Below, piece by piece: positions 1 to 8,972 of a stretch of DNA of 64,000 nucleotides. How positions within the stretch are numbered: the stretch's first letter is position 1; each line of letters starts with the position of its first letter. Origin of the DNA: a candidate division WOR-3 bacterium (lineage in GTDB: Bacteria; Hydrothermota; Tepidihabitantia; SM23-42; CAYGYG01). The notes beneath the pieces are model-generated. The model saw only the letters and a program-made list of their open reading frames with translations, did no database searches and was not told the origin of the DNA. The DNA lies in contig CBFGIV010000002.1 of the NCBI GenBank assembly GCA_965648915.1, positions 95,753 through 159,752 of the forward strand, given 5' to 3'. The translations under genes and the position numbers were made by a program.

Positions 1-13
1 GGCAAGACTGGAG

Positions 14-628
14 ATGGTTGAGAATCAGATCATAAGGAGGGGTATAAAGGATCAGCGGGTGATAGAGGCCCTTCGGCGTGTTCCCCGACACCGGTTTGTG
101 GCGGATGCTTTTATCGGACAGGCGTATGAAGATTACCCGTTGCCAATCGGGTCGAATCAGACGATATCGCAGCCTTATATGGTGGCAGCAATGACCGAGT
201 ATCTGGAATTAAAAGGTAAAGAGAAGGTCCTCGAGATCGGGACCGGTTCGGGGTACCAGACTGCGATCTTGGCCGAATTATCATTTAAGGTTTTTACTGT
301 TGAGCGTGTTGCGGAGCTGGCTGATGATGCACGGAAAAGACTTGAACAATTAGGTTATAATAATATTGTCTTCCGGGTCGGTGATGGGACAATTGGCTGG
401 AAGGAGTTTGAGCCTTATGATCGGGTTCTTGTAACGGCGGGCGCCCCTGATATACCGCCGTCGTTGCTCGATCAACTCGATGATGAAGGAATTATGGTTA
501 TTCCCATTGGCAGTGAATATGTTCAAACCATCAACCAGATTCGTAAGCATAAAGGTCGGGTCTTGAGAAGGGAATTGTTCGAATGTGTATTTGTACCGCT
601 GATTGGTAAAGAGGGGTGGTCGGGATAG
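14..628 (+). CDS. pcm: Protein-L-isoaspartate O-methyltransferase (true start probably upstream of the window)
   Basis: VPRHRF, GSNQTISQPYMVA, VLEIGTGSGYQTA and FVPLIG motifs. The frame stays open to the window edge (ARLE before M). Confidence 0.95.
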   Translation: MVENQIIRRGIKDQRVIEALRRVPRHRFVADAFIGQAYEDYPLPIGSNQTISQPYMVAAMTEYLELKGKEKVLEIGTGSGYQTAILAELSFKVFTVERVAELADDARKRLEQLGYNNIVFRVGDGTIGWKEFEPYDRVLVTAGAPDIPPSLLDQLDDEGIMVIPIGSEYVQTINQIRKHKGRVLRRELFECVFVPLIGKEGWSG

Positions 629-634
629 AAATAT

Positions 635-706
635 CGGGGAGTGGCGCAGTGGAAGCGCACCTGGTTCGGGACCAGGGGGTCGCTGGTTCAAATCCAGTCT
701 CCCCGA
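635..706 (+). tRNA. tRNA-Pro (anticodon CGG), CCA not encoded
   Basis: Acceptor stem CGGGGAG/CTCCCCG plus discriminator A. D arm GCGC-AGTGGAA-GCGC, anticodon arm CCTGG-TTCGGGA-CCAGG, T arm GCTGG-TTCAAAT-CCAGT. Confidence 0.95.
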
Positions 707-724
707 TTTAAATTATTAAAAACA

Positions 725-1246
725 ATGACTGCTAAGAACAAGAAGTTGCGGTTGGTAAAAAATAGGACCCGACTAAAGGTGGTTGCGGTGATCGGGGCTT
801 CTGAGGCCGGTGAGGACATCTTGATCGAGGCTGAAGCAATTGGTGAAGGTATTGCACGGGCCGGGGCTTTTTTAATTTGTGGTGGTTTAGGCGGAGTGAT
901 GGAGGCTGCCTGTCGGGGCGCAAAGAAAGCAAATGGTTTTACAATTGGTATTCTGCCTGGAACCGATCGGAGTGATGCCAATCAGTATGTCGATTTAGCA
1001 ATTGTTACCGGAATGAGTCAGGCCCGGAATATAATAATTGCAAGAAGTTGTGATGCAGCAATTGCCATTGCCGGCAGATACGGGACACTTTCTGAAATAG
1101 CCTACTGCCTCATGTTTGGTGTTCCGGTCATTGGTCTTCATACCTGGAAGATATCGTCGAGTCTGATGCCTGAACTCAAACCAATAATTTATGCCGACAG
1201 TGCCGAGGATGCCTTAGAAAAGTTGACCAGGATATTGAGGGATTAA
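725..1246 (+). CDS. TIGR00725/LOG-like Rossmann-fold nucleotide-binding protein
   Basis: VAVIGAS, ICGGLGGVMEAACRGA, TIGILPG, ARN and GRYGTLSEIA motifs. Start moved to ATG 725 because the ORF-track start lies inside the tRNA. Confidence 0.85.
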   Translation: MTAKNKKLRLVKNRTRLKVVAVIGASEAGEDILIEAEAIGEGIARAGAFLICGGLGGVMEAACRGAKKANGFTIGILPGTDRSDANQYVDLAIVTGMSQARNIIIARSCDAAIAIAGRYGTLSEIAYCLMFGVPVIGLHTWKISSSLMPELKPIIYADSAEDALEKLTRILRD

Positions 1247-1251
1247 AGATA

Positions 1252-4200
1252 ATGCTCGGGCTGTCTTTTTTTCTGTTTACCTTCAGTTTTCAGCCACTCC
1301 CTGATGGTCTGGAATTAGACTTCAGGATCGATGCTACACCCGAGAACGGATTTTCTTTTCCGGGTGGGATCTATTATCATCCGGTAGGTGCGCCCAACCT
1401 GCCCGGTCAGTTCTTCTATATTGGTGTTCCTCAGGAGGGTGGGGTCCGGGTTGAGATTGTTGAAGAGGAGAGCCGGACCTATCCGGGCGAGATCAAGCCT
1501 GTAGGGAAGTTCTCTTTTGAAGAGACGAGTTTTGAGAAAGACCCGGAGATCTACAGTCGGGCCGAATATTATCCTGATTTATTTTTCCTTGAAGGGCCGT
1601 TTCGCTGGCGGGATTTAAGGGTGGTTCGGCTCCAGGTCAATCCGATCCGTTATAATCCCGGGAAGCGATTAGTATCGGTGACGAGCCATTTAAGGTTGCG
1701 TCTGGTCTTTGAGGGGCGTCCCCGGGTGGTGAGGCGGTCTTCGACCTTTGACAATATCTATCCGGCGGTAATCTTAAACTATGAGCAGGCGAAGGACTGG
1801 AGAATACTGGACAATCCTTTGAAGATCCATCCGATCTTTGATATGCCCTTATGGTTCAAGATGGTAGTGGACAGTGATGGTCTCTACCAGATCGATTATG
1901 AACTCCTCAAGAGGTTTATCCCTGATCCTGGACAGATCGATCCCCGGACGATAAGAGTCTATACGGCAAAATTTGATACATTAACGGGGAATGGTTCGAT
2001 CTTTAATATCGATACAACTCTCTTCAATGGACTGATTGAGATTCCCATCCTGGTCTATGGTGAGGAGGATGGCAGGTTTGATCGGGGCGACTATATTCTC
2101 TTCTATGGTTTTGGTGCGAGCCATCTCTCAATCACTAAGCCGGAGACCCTTACCTATTTCAACAACCCTTTTGATCGGAGTAATTTTTTCTGGTTGACAT
2201 TCGGGGCCAAGCCGGGCAAGCGCTTCAGTCGGATTGATGGCCGGATTCAGCCGGGTGAGGTCTGCTATTTTTTGCGCCATCCGGTCCATCTTGAAGAGGA
2301 GAAGGAAAATCCAGGCCGTTCTGGACTCAACTGGGCCTGGCAGACAATGACCATTACCGGTAGTGGCTCCTGGGCTTTTCCGATCAACCATTATGGGTCT
2401 ACGGGTGAGGGCAATATAAAGGTAAAGATCATCACATTTGGACATAAGTTTGAGATAAAACTATACTACAATGATTCGCTCTTCTTTGATACCCTGTGGC
2501 TATTTGGTAATGTAAATCTAAGAAAGAAACTAAACTATATCGGAGATTCAGGAATATTAAGAATTGATCTCTTTTCATCAGGTAGCGACAGTTTCAGTGT
2601 CTTTCTGGACAACTTAGAACTGAATTACCGATCCCGGCCGATTTTACAGCGTCCCCTTTATTCTCTGGTTACCGTGCCGGGCAGTTATCAATATGCGATT
2701 GGTGGAGTCCATGCACCCCCCCTGGTCCTCGACATCACCGATCTCCGTAACCCCCGGCTCTTCTACAATCTCCAGGTTGAAGGCGAATCATTATACTTTT
2801 CGCACCGGGTGGATAGTCTTGCCCTGCTCTACATCACCGATCTCAAGAAGGTGCGCAGACCGATCCTTACTGCCGGTCGGGTGGGTAATTTAAGAAGGGA
2901 GACCGCCGGTTGTGACTATCTGATTCTGACCGCTGATGAATTTTATGAAGAGATGAAGCCATTGCTCATGTGGCGTCAGCGGGAGTATCAAGTCCGGATG
3001 GTGCGGTTGAGCGAGGTCTATAACAATTTTGGTTTTGGCAAGGAGGAGCCGGCGGCAATCAAATATTTTCTCTACTATGTCTATCGTAACTGGCAGCCGA
3101 TGCCTAAATTCGTCCTCTTTGTCGGCGATGGCAGTTATGACTATAAGAATAATTTAAAATTAGAAAAACCGAATCGGTTCTTTCCTCCTCTGGAACAGGG
3201 TATGAATCTACAGAGTCCGGATGGCAATTATTGTTACGACGATTGGTTTGTTATGTTTAACAGTACCAAACTACCGGAGATGATTGTCGGCCGATTGAAT
3301 GTCCGGAATAAACAGATGGCAAGGATTGTGGTCAAGAAGATCCTTGACTATGAGCAGAAGGTGAACCTCGGCCCCTGGGCAAAAAATATAATATTTCTGG
3401 GTGATGATGAATGGAGTCCTTATGGTCTTGAATGGGATTCAATACGGAGTTACTGGGAGCACTCAGCCAACTGTGAATCACTCCTTTTTTACATCCCCGA
3501 CTCCCTGGTTGATATCACCAAAATCTATATGAATGTCTATCCGAATGAAAGCGGTAAGAAACCAAAAGCCCGCCTCGACTTTATTGCCGCAATGAATAAG
3601 GGAGCATTCTGTGGTGCCTATTATGGCCACGGCAACAATCATCAGTTAGCCCATGAAGGTGGTTTTTACGGTGAGGATGTCAATCTGGTAAAAAATGGTC
3701 CCCGCAATTTCTTCTTCTACTACGGTACCTGCAGTCCCGGCCGTTTCGATGATACAAAATATGAATCGATCTGTGAAGAGTTTGTCTGTCGGGCCGACGG
3801 GGCCATCGGGACATACGGTGCAACCCGGGTCACCAGTCCAGGCCAGAATGTTCCGCTCGGTAACCTCATCTTTGACAATATCTTTAACAAAAACTTTACC
3901 ATGGGTGAGTGCTGTTACCATGCCAAATTGATGTCACCCGCAGATATAACCTGCTGCCTCTTTGGCGATCCTGGAGTAAGATTAAATCGGCCAATCGGTG
4001 GTGTAAGTATCTCAGTCCAGCCTGATACTTTAAGACCTTTGAGTCAAGGACGGATAAGATGCGGTGAACCAAAATATTTTCTCCGGGCAACGATCCGGGA
4101 TTCTCTAACTGGCCTGACCCATTACATCGTTCGTGATCAACAGGGGAGATTTGTCGATTCCTTCAATTTCTCACTTGAGGGGCAGACCTTTTTCTCGGGT

Positions 4201-5010
4201 GTGAGCAGTCAGGAGAGCATTGGTTTTATTGTTCCGCAGTTTGCGACCCGGCACCAGCCGGTCCTGCGCTTCAGTATCTATAACAATTTAAGATCCGGCC
4301 GGCTCGACTCGGTGCCGCTGCGCGGTCTGGCCGTGCCCTCGGGTGACATCGAGCCTCCCCGGGTCGAATTCTATGCTCAGGGCCGGAGGCTCAAGGATGG
4401 GGACTGGGTGGAGAAGAATCTTTCTCTGACCGGGGTGATTGAGGATGCGAGCGGGATAAATCTGATCGATCCGGCGCAGAACGAGAGGCAGGGTTTTGGT
4501 CTTTATGTGAATGGTAACAAGGCCGGGGTGATTGATCTGCGTAATTATTTCAGTTATGATTTAGACAGTTATCAGCGGGGGCGATTTACCGTCGAATTAA
4601 ACCTGCCGGACCGGACCGATACGATTACGGTCTATGTGAGTGACAACAACTACAATCGGACCGAGGCGAAGCTCGGTCTCCGGGTTGCCCAGGACGAAGA
4701 ACTTGTGGTTGAGGATTTTTTAGTCTATCCCAATCCGCTGGACGAGGGTGGTTATTTTACCTTTGTCCTTTCGGTCGATGCCCGGGTGAGGCTTGAGATC
4801 TACACGGTCAGTGGACGTTTTGTGCGCCGGCTCGATCATCTCCCGATGCGGGCTGGTTTCAACAAAGTCTGGTGGGATGGTCTGGATCAACGGGGTGACC
4901 GGCCGGCCAATGGGGTATATTTAGTGAAGATCGAGGCAATCCGGGAGCGGGGCGGAAATCGAAGATCGATCTCAAGGATCGAGAAATTTATCATCCACCA
5001 CCGGCCGTAA
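1252..5010 (+). CDS. C25 (gingipain/PorU-like) cysteine peptidase with propeptide and C-terminal FlgD-Ig/T9SS-type sorting domain
   Basis: VLFVGDGSYDYKN, YDDWF and VGRL motifs, catalytic His in YYGHG and Cys in GTCSPG, LFGDP. C-terminal VYPNP...IYTVSGRFVR...WDGLDQRGDRPANGVYL. Confidence 0.85.
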   Translation: MLGLSFFLFTFSFQPLPDGLELDFRIDATPENGFSFPGGIYYHPVGAPNLPGQFFYIGVPQEGGVRVEIVEEESRTYPGEIKPVGKFSFEETSFEKDPEIYSRAEYYPDLFFLEGPFRWRDLRVVRLQVNPIRYNPGKRLVSVTSHLRLRLVFEGRPRVVRRSSTFDNIYPAVILNYEQAKDWRILDNPLKIHPIFDMPLWFKMVVDSDGLYQIDYELLKRFIPDPGQIDPRTIRVYTAKFDTLTGNGSIFNIDTTLFNGLIEIPILVYGEEDGRFDRGDYILFYGFGASHLSITKPETLTYFNNPFDRSNFFWLTFGAKPGKRFSRIDGRIQPGEVCYFLRHPVHLEEEKENPGRSGLNWAWQTMTITGSGSWAFPINHYGSTGEGNIKVKIITFGHKFEIKLYYNDSLFFDTLWLFGNVNLRKKLNYIGDSGILRIDLFSSGSDSFSVFLDNLELNYRSRPILQRPLYSLVTVPGSYQYAIGGVHAPPLVLDITDLRNPRLFYNLQVEGESLYFSHRVDSLALLYITDLKKVRRPILTAGRVGNLRRETAGCDYLILTADEFYEEMKPLLMWRQREYQVRMVRLSEVYNNFGFGKEEPAAIKYFLYYVYRNWQPMPKFVLFVGDGSYDYKNNLKLEKPNRFFPPLEQGMNLQSPDGNYCYDDWFVMFNSTKLPEMIVGRLNVRNKQMARIVVKKILDYEQKVNLGPWAKNIIFLGDDEWSPYGLEWDSIRSYWEHSANCESLLFYIPDSLVDITKIYMNVYPNESGKKPKARLDFIAAMNKGAFCGAYYGHGNNHQLAHEGGFYGEDVNLVKNGPRNFFFYYGTCSPGRFDDTKYESICEEFVCRADGAIGTYGATRVTSPGQNVPLGNLIFDNIFNKNFTMGECCYHAKLMSPADITCCLFGDPGVRLNRPIGGVSISVQPDTLRPLSQGRIRCGEPKYFLRATIRDSLTGLTHYIVRDQQGRFVDSFNFSLEGQTFFSGVSSQESIGFIVPQFATRHQPVLRFSIYNNLRSGRLDSVPLRGLAVPSGDIEPPRVEFYAQGRRLKDGDWVEKNLSLTGVIEDASGINLIDPAQNERQGFGLYVNGNKAGVIDLRNYFSYDLDSYQRGRFTVELNLPDRTDTITVYVSDNNYNRTEAKLGLRVAQDEELVVEDFLVYPNPLDEGGYFTFVLSVDARVRLEIYTVSGRFVRRLDHLPMRAGFNKVWWDGLDQRGDRPANGVYLVKIEAIRERGGNRRSISRIEKFIIHHRP

Positions 5011-5013
5011 AAT

Positions 5014-5047
5014 ACTTTACACTTTTGATCAGGTAAGAAATGTAAAG
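5014..5047. repeat. 34-bp imperfect palindromic element, copy 1
   Basis: ACTTTACACTTTTGATCAGGTAAGAAATGTAAAG with CTTTACA/TGTAAAG arms. 30/34 identical to the copy at 8934. Confidence 0.85.
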
Positions 5048-5117
5048 TGTGGCTATTCTTTGAGATACAGTGTTTTCCCTCTTGATTTCTTTTAAAAAAT
5101 ATATAGATTAGTTTAAA

Positions 5118-5795
5118 ATGAAACCATATGTAACCAGCAGAAATCTTGCTCTTAAAACGAAGGAGTGGCTTAAGATAATTGCGCCTTATAACAAACACCG
5201 GATGAAACTTAACATCCAGAAAGCGGCGCTACTGGTAATCGATATGCAGAATGATTTTCTCAAACCAAATTCATTACTTTTGACCGAGGGTGGAGTTGCG
5301 ATCCTGAATAACTTAAAAAAACTAATCAGTAGCTGCCGTAAACAGAAGATTCCGGTCATATTTACCGCCCATGTCCATAAAGATCCGAAGATCGATGGCG
5401 GTATGACGGCAAAATGGTGGCCGGAGCTGATGAAAAAGCGGGCACTGGTTTATGGCAGGAAAGGTGTGGAGATTTATGAAGCACTCGCTCCCCGACCGAC
5501 TGAACCGGTAATTTATAAACATCGTTATAGCGCATTTTATAACACCAATCTGGAAGTGATTCTTCGTGGGCTGAGAGTCGAAGATGTCATTATCACAGGT
5601 GTGATGACCAATATCTGTTGTGAATCTACAGCCCGGGACGCATTCTTTCGGGATTTCAGGATTTTTTTTGTTGCCGACGCCACTGGTTCGGTAACTGAGG
5701 ATCTGCATCTCGGAGCCTTGCGTAATCTTGCCTATGCCTTTGCTTATATAACGACCACCGGTGAGGTTTTAAGAGATTTAAGGCAGCGCAGATAA
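5118..5795 (+). CDS. Isochorismatase-family cysteine hydrolase
   Basis: ALLVIDMQNDF, KHRYSAF and GVMTNICCESTARDA give the D-K-C triad. Confidence 0.9.
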   Translation: MKPYVTSRNLALKTKEWLKIIAPYNKHRMKLNIQKAALLVIDMQNDFLKPNSLLLTEGGVAILNNLKKLISSCRKQKIPVIFTAHVHKDPKIDGGMTAKWWPELMKKRALVYGRKGVEIYEALAPRPTEPVIYKHRYSAFYNTNLEVILRGLRVEDVIITGVMTNICCESTARDAFFRDFRIFFVADATGSVTEDLHLGALRNLAYAFAYITTTGEVLRDLRQRR

Positions 5796-7243
5796 TGGAG
5801 TTAAAATTTTCATCCAACCCGAGGCTGCGGGATAATTTCCGGTATGTTATTTTGATTATATTTATCTTAAATTACTGTTTATTTGCTCAGCCTTATACTG
5901 ATAGTCTCCTCTTTTTCTACTCACCTGACTGTCGCCACTGTGAGTTTTTTCTGAAGGAATTTTTGCCCAAGATTGAGAGAGATTACCGCATCGCGGTTAA
6001 GACCTTCAACATTGAGATTGCGCGGAATATGTACCTCCTTGAAGGACTTGAAGCGAAATTGAAGAATATAGGCGATGAATTGCCAGTTATTTTTTACCGG
6101 GACCTTGTTGTTTATGGCACCGACAGCATTTTGAAGAAGTTACCGGCAATTATCGATCATTATCGGGCCGAGTCCCTTATTTACATCGCCTACTTCACAA
6201 AGCCTTCCTGTCGGGAGTGCAGTCGGGTTGATAGGATTATAAAAATTTTAACTCGGGAAGAGAAAAATATCGTCGTCAAAACCTATAATATTAATATCAA
6301 GGATAATAAACTTCTGGCTGAGGCAATCAGTGAGCGGATTGGTGTCCCTGAGAGATTCCGGCTTCTTGTGCCGGCAATATTTGTTGGTCGAGATTATCTA
6401 ATAAAAGATAATATCCGATTGACTGAATTGAAAGATATCTTAAGAAAATACCACGCGGGCACAGAGAATTTTGAATTATTAAATCCCGCAATCAAAGCTC
6501 AGAGTGAAGAGGCGATCTGCAACCGGTTTGCCCAAATAGGTTTTTGGGGTGTAATCGGTGCAGGGTTGCTTGATGGGATAAATCCCTGTGCTTTTGCGAC
6601 AATTCTCTTCTTTATAAGTTATCTGGTCCTGCTCGGTCGTAAGCAACGCGATATAATTTTGATGGGTCTTTTTTTCTCCCTTGCGGTCTTTCTGACCTAT
6701 TTTCTTATCGGACTTGGTTATCTTCAATTCTTAGATTACCTGACTCGGTTTAGACCAATCAGTAAGTTCATTTTTGCAGGCTTTGGCATCCTGACAATTA
6801 TCTTGGGTCTCCTGAATATCTATGATTTCCTCCAGGCGCGCACTGGCAGATTAGACCGGATGAAATTGCAACTCCCGGATTACATAAAGATTCAAATCCA
6901 TAAAAGCATTAAAGCCCAGACCAGGATTTTTGGTATTGTCCTTGGTGCATTTGGTGCAGGGCTGTTTGTTTCGATCTTAGAATTTGCCTGTACCGGTCAG
7001 GTCTATATTCCAACCATTACCTTTGTGGTTTCGAACCCTCAACTGAAAATCAGGGCGATAACTTTTTTGACACTTTATAACATTATGTTTATCTTCCCGT
7101 TAGTAATCATCACCGGGGTTGGATCGATCGTTTCTACTGACCGGGTTGGTAAGTTTTTAAAGGCCCGGATAGGGACGATCAAGGTTATGACAGCACTCTT
7201 TTTTATCACCCTTGGAATTCTGTTGATTATTTTATCATCGTAG
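5795..7243 (+). CDS. Two thioredoxin-like domains fused to a CcdA/DsbD-like membrane domain
   Basis: CRHC and CREC motifs, then a multi-TM region with GLLDGINPCAF and LEFACTGQVY. Confidence 0.75.
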   Translation: MELKFSSNPRLRDNFRYVILIIFILNYCLFAQPYTDSLLFFYSPDCRHCEFFLKEFLPKIERDYRIAVKTFNIEIARNMYLLEGLEAKLKNIGDELPVIFYRDLVVYGTDSILKKLPAIIDHYRAESLIYIAYFTKPSCRECSRVDRIIKILTREEKNIVVKTYNINIKDNKLLAEAISERIGVPERFRLLVPAIFVGRDYLIKDNIRLTELKDILRKYHAGTENFELLNPAIKAQSEEAICNRFAQIGFWGVIGAGLLDGINPCAFATILFFISYLVLLGRKQRDIILMGLFFSLAVFLTYFLIGLGYLQFLDYLTRFRPISKFIFAGFGILTIILGLLNIYDFLQARTGRLDRMKLQLPDYIKIQIHKSIKAQTRIFGIVLGAFGAGLFVSILEFACTGQVYIPTITFVVSNPQLKIRAITFLTLYNIMFIFPLVIITGVGSIVSTDRVGKFLKARIGTIKVMTALFFITLGILLIILSS

Positions 7244-7252
7244 GGGTAAAGG

Positions 7253-8932
7253 ATGAAGAGAATCTTCTTTTGGGCCTTATTAATTGTTTCAGGTATGTTT
7301 GGCGATGATTTCAATCAGCTGGGAAGTGAAATTATTGAATATCTCTGGCGTTTTCATCCTGTGGATGCAACTTATAAAGGGATACATAAATATGATACCC
7401 TTCTTACTGATTTTCGTCCTGAGGTACTACGAGCGAGGTTTAAGGATATAAAAATATTTGAGCAAAGACTCGATCGGATTGACACATTAAGTCTTTCGGT
7501 TGATGAATATATCGATTATGCTCTGCTGCGGATAATGCTCAAGAACGAGATCTTCACTGGTGAGAGTTTGATGATTTACCGGAAGAACCCTCTTATTTAT
7601 GTGAATGAAGCGATATATGGTATTTATAATATACTGATCCGATCGAGCCCATCCGTTCAACTTAAAATGGAAGCGATCAGGGCACGTTTGACGAAAATCC
7701 CGGATCTATTTGATCAGGCGCGCAAGAATCTTGTTGAACCACCGCCGATATTATGTAAGATTGCGATTGAGCAACTCCGTGAGGGTGCCGTCTTTTTTAA
7801 CGACCTGGCAGCACGATATACTGATTCACTCGGGCCTGAAGCGAATAAGGAATTTATCACGGCTAAAGAGAAGGCAGTTGTCGCCATGGTGGCTTTTCGT
7901 TACTGGTTGGAAGATATCGAAAAAGGTCCAGCGACATCATATGCCCTGGGTCATTCCAAATATGCTTATAAATTGAGGGAGATCCACCTGCTCGATATGT
8001 CGATTGATAGTATCCTGAGTCTGGGACAGAATATGCTGAATTTAACAAGCAGGGTGATTGACAGTTTGAAGAAGGCTTATCAATCAAAAGAGACACCCCT
8101 TCTAAAACCACCCGCAGATTTCAAACCCGATGATGTGAAAAGGTATCGCCAGTGGGAAATCGAAGAGATGAGAAGATTTGTTGGTTCTCAGGGGGTCGAT
8201 TATGTTACCGTGCCCGATTATGTGGGTGCGATGTTTGTTGTGGAAACCCCTAAATTCTTAAGAGGACTGATCCCGGGGATCGCAATGGAACCGCCGGGGC
8301 CATTTGACAAGTCAACAACAAGTTATTTTTATGTTAGACCATTACCGGAGAGATTTGATTCGTCCGAGGCAGTAAGATATTATAATTATATCAGACAACG
8401 GGGATTTAAAGGATCAGTTGTCCACGAAGGTTTTCCCGGCCATCATCTTCAGTTATCAATTGCCAATCAACACCCTTCTCCGATTAGGAGGTCTATATCC
8501 GATAACTTCTTGATTGAGGGCTGGGCACTTTACTGTGAAGAATTGATGGCGCGCAGCGGTCTCTATGAGGATACCATAGGTGCCATTATTGGATATCTGG
8601 GTGGTGTTCGATTCCGTTCGGCCAGAGTTATCGTTGATGTGATGCTCCAGACCGGTCAGTATGACTATGAACAGGCAGTAAATTTTATGTGTCAGACCTT
8701 TGGCGGTGGTCAGGCCGATTCTGTATTTTTTGCCCGGGAAGTAGCAAGGTATATAACCGACCCAGGGCAAGCAGCGAGTTATCTAGTTGGGAAGATGCAA
8801 ATCTTGAGACTTCTTGAAGATTATAAAAAGGTGGCAGGTAGACACTTCCGGCTGAAAGATTTTCACGATAAACTGTTGAATGAGGGTTCGATCCCGATAA
8901 GTCTTATCCGGAGAAAGATTCTTACCCCTTGA
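7253..8932 (+). CDS. DUF885-family secreted protein (putative metallopeptidase)
   Basis: Signal peptide. PVDATYKGIH, HEGFPGHHLQ, IEGWALYCE and PGQAASYLVG motifs. Confidence 0.88.
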   Translation: MKRIFFWALLIVSGMFGDDFNQLGSEIIEYLWRFHPVDATYKGIHKYDTLLTDFRPEVLRARFKDIKIFEQRLDRIDTLSLSVDEYIDYALLRIMLKNEIFTGESLMIYRKNPLIYVNEAIYGIYNILIRSSPSVQLKMEAIRARLTKIPDLFDQARKNLVEPPPILCKIAIEQLREGAVFFNDLAARYTDSLGPEANKEFITAKEKAVVAMVAFRYWLEDIEKGPATSYALGHSKYAYKLREIHLLDMSIDSILSLGQNMLNLTSRVIDSLKKAYQSKETPLLKPPADFKPDDVKRYRQWEIEEMRRFVGSQGVDYVTVPDYVGAMFVVETPKFLRGLIPGIAMEPPGPFDKSTTSYFYVRPLPERFDSSEAVRYYNYIRQRGFKGSVVHEGFPGHHLQLSIANQHPSPIRRSISDNFLIEGWALYCEELMARSGLYEDTIGAIIGYLGGVRFRSARVIVDVMLQTGQYDYEQAVNFMCQTFGGGQADSVFFAREVARYITDPGQAASYLVGKMQILRLLEDYKKVAGRHFRLKDFHDKLLNEGSIPISLIRRKILTP

Positions 8933-8933
8933 A

Positions 8934-8967
8934 ACTTTACACTCTTGACACGGTAAGAAATGTAAAG
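8934..8967. repeat. 34-bp imperfect palindromic element, copy 2
   Basis: ACTTTACACTCTTGACACGGTAAGAAATGTAAAG, same orientation as copy 1, fills most of the 40-bp intergenic gap. Confidence 0.85.
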
Positions 8968-8972
8968 CATTT

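Noticed and set aside
641..724. N-terminal extension of the TIGR00725 ORF, and antisense ORF 350-691
   Set aside because: Both overlap the tRNA-Pro gene and are translation artefacts.
5014..8967. CRISPR repeats or integron attC sites
   Set aside because: Only two copies 3.9 kb apart, no cas or integrase gene, and no RYYYAAC/GTTRRRY cores.
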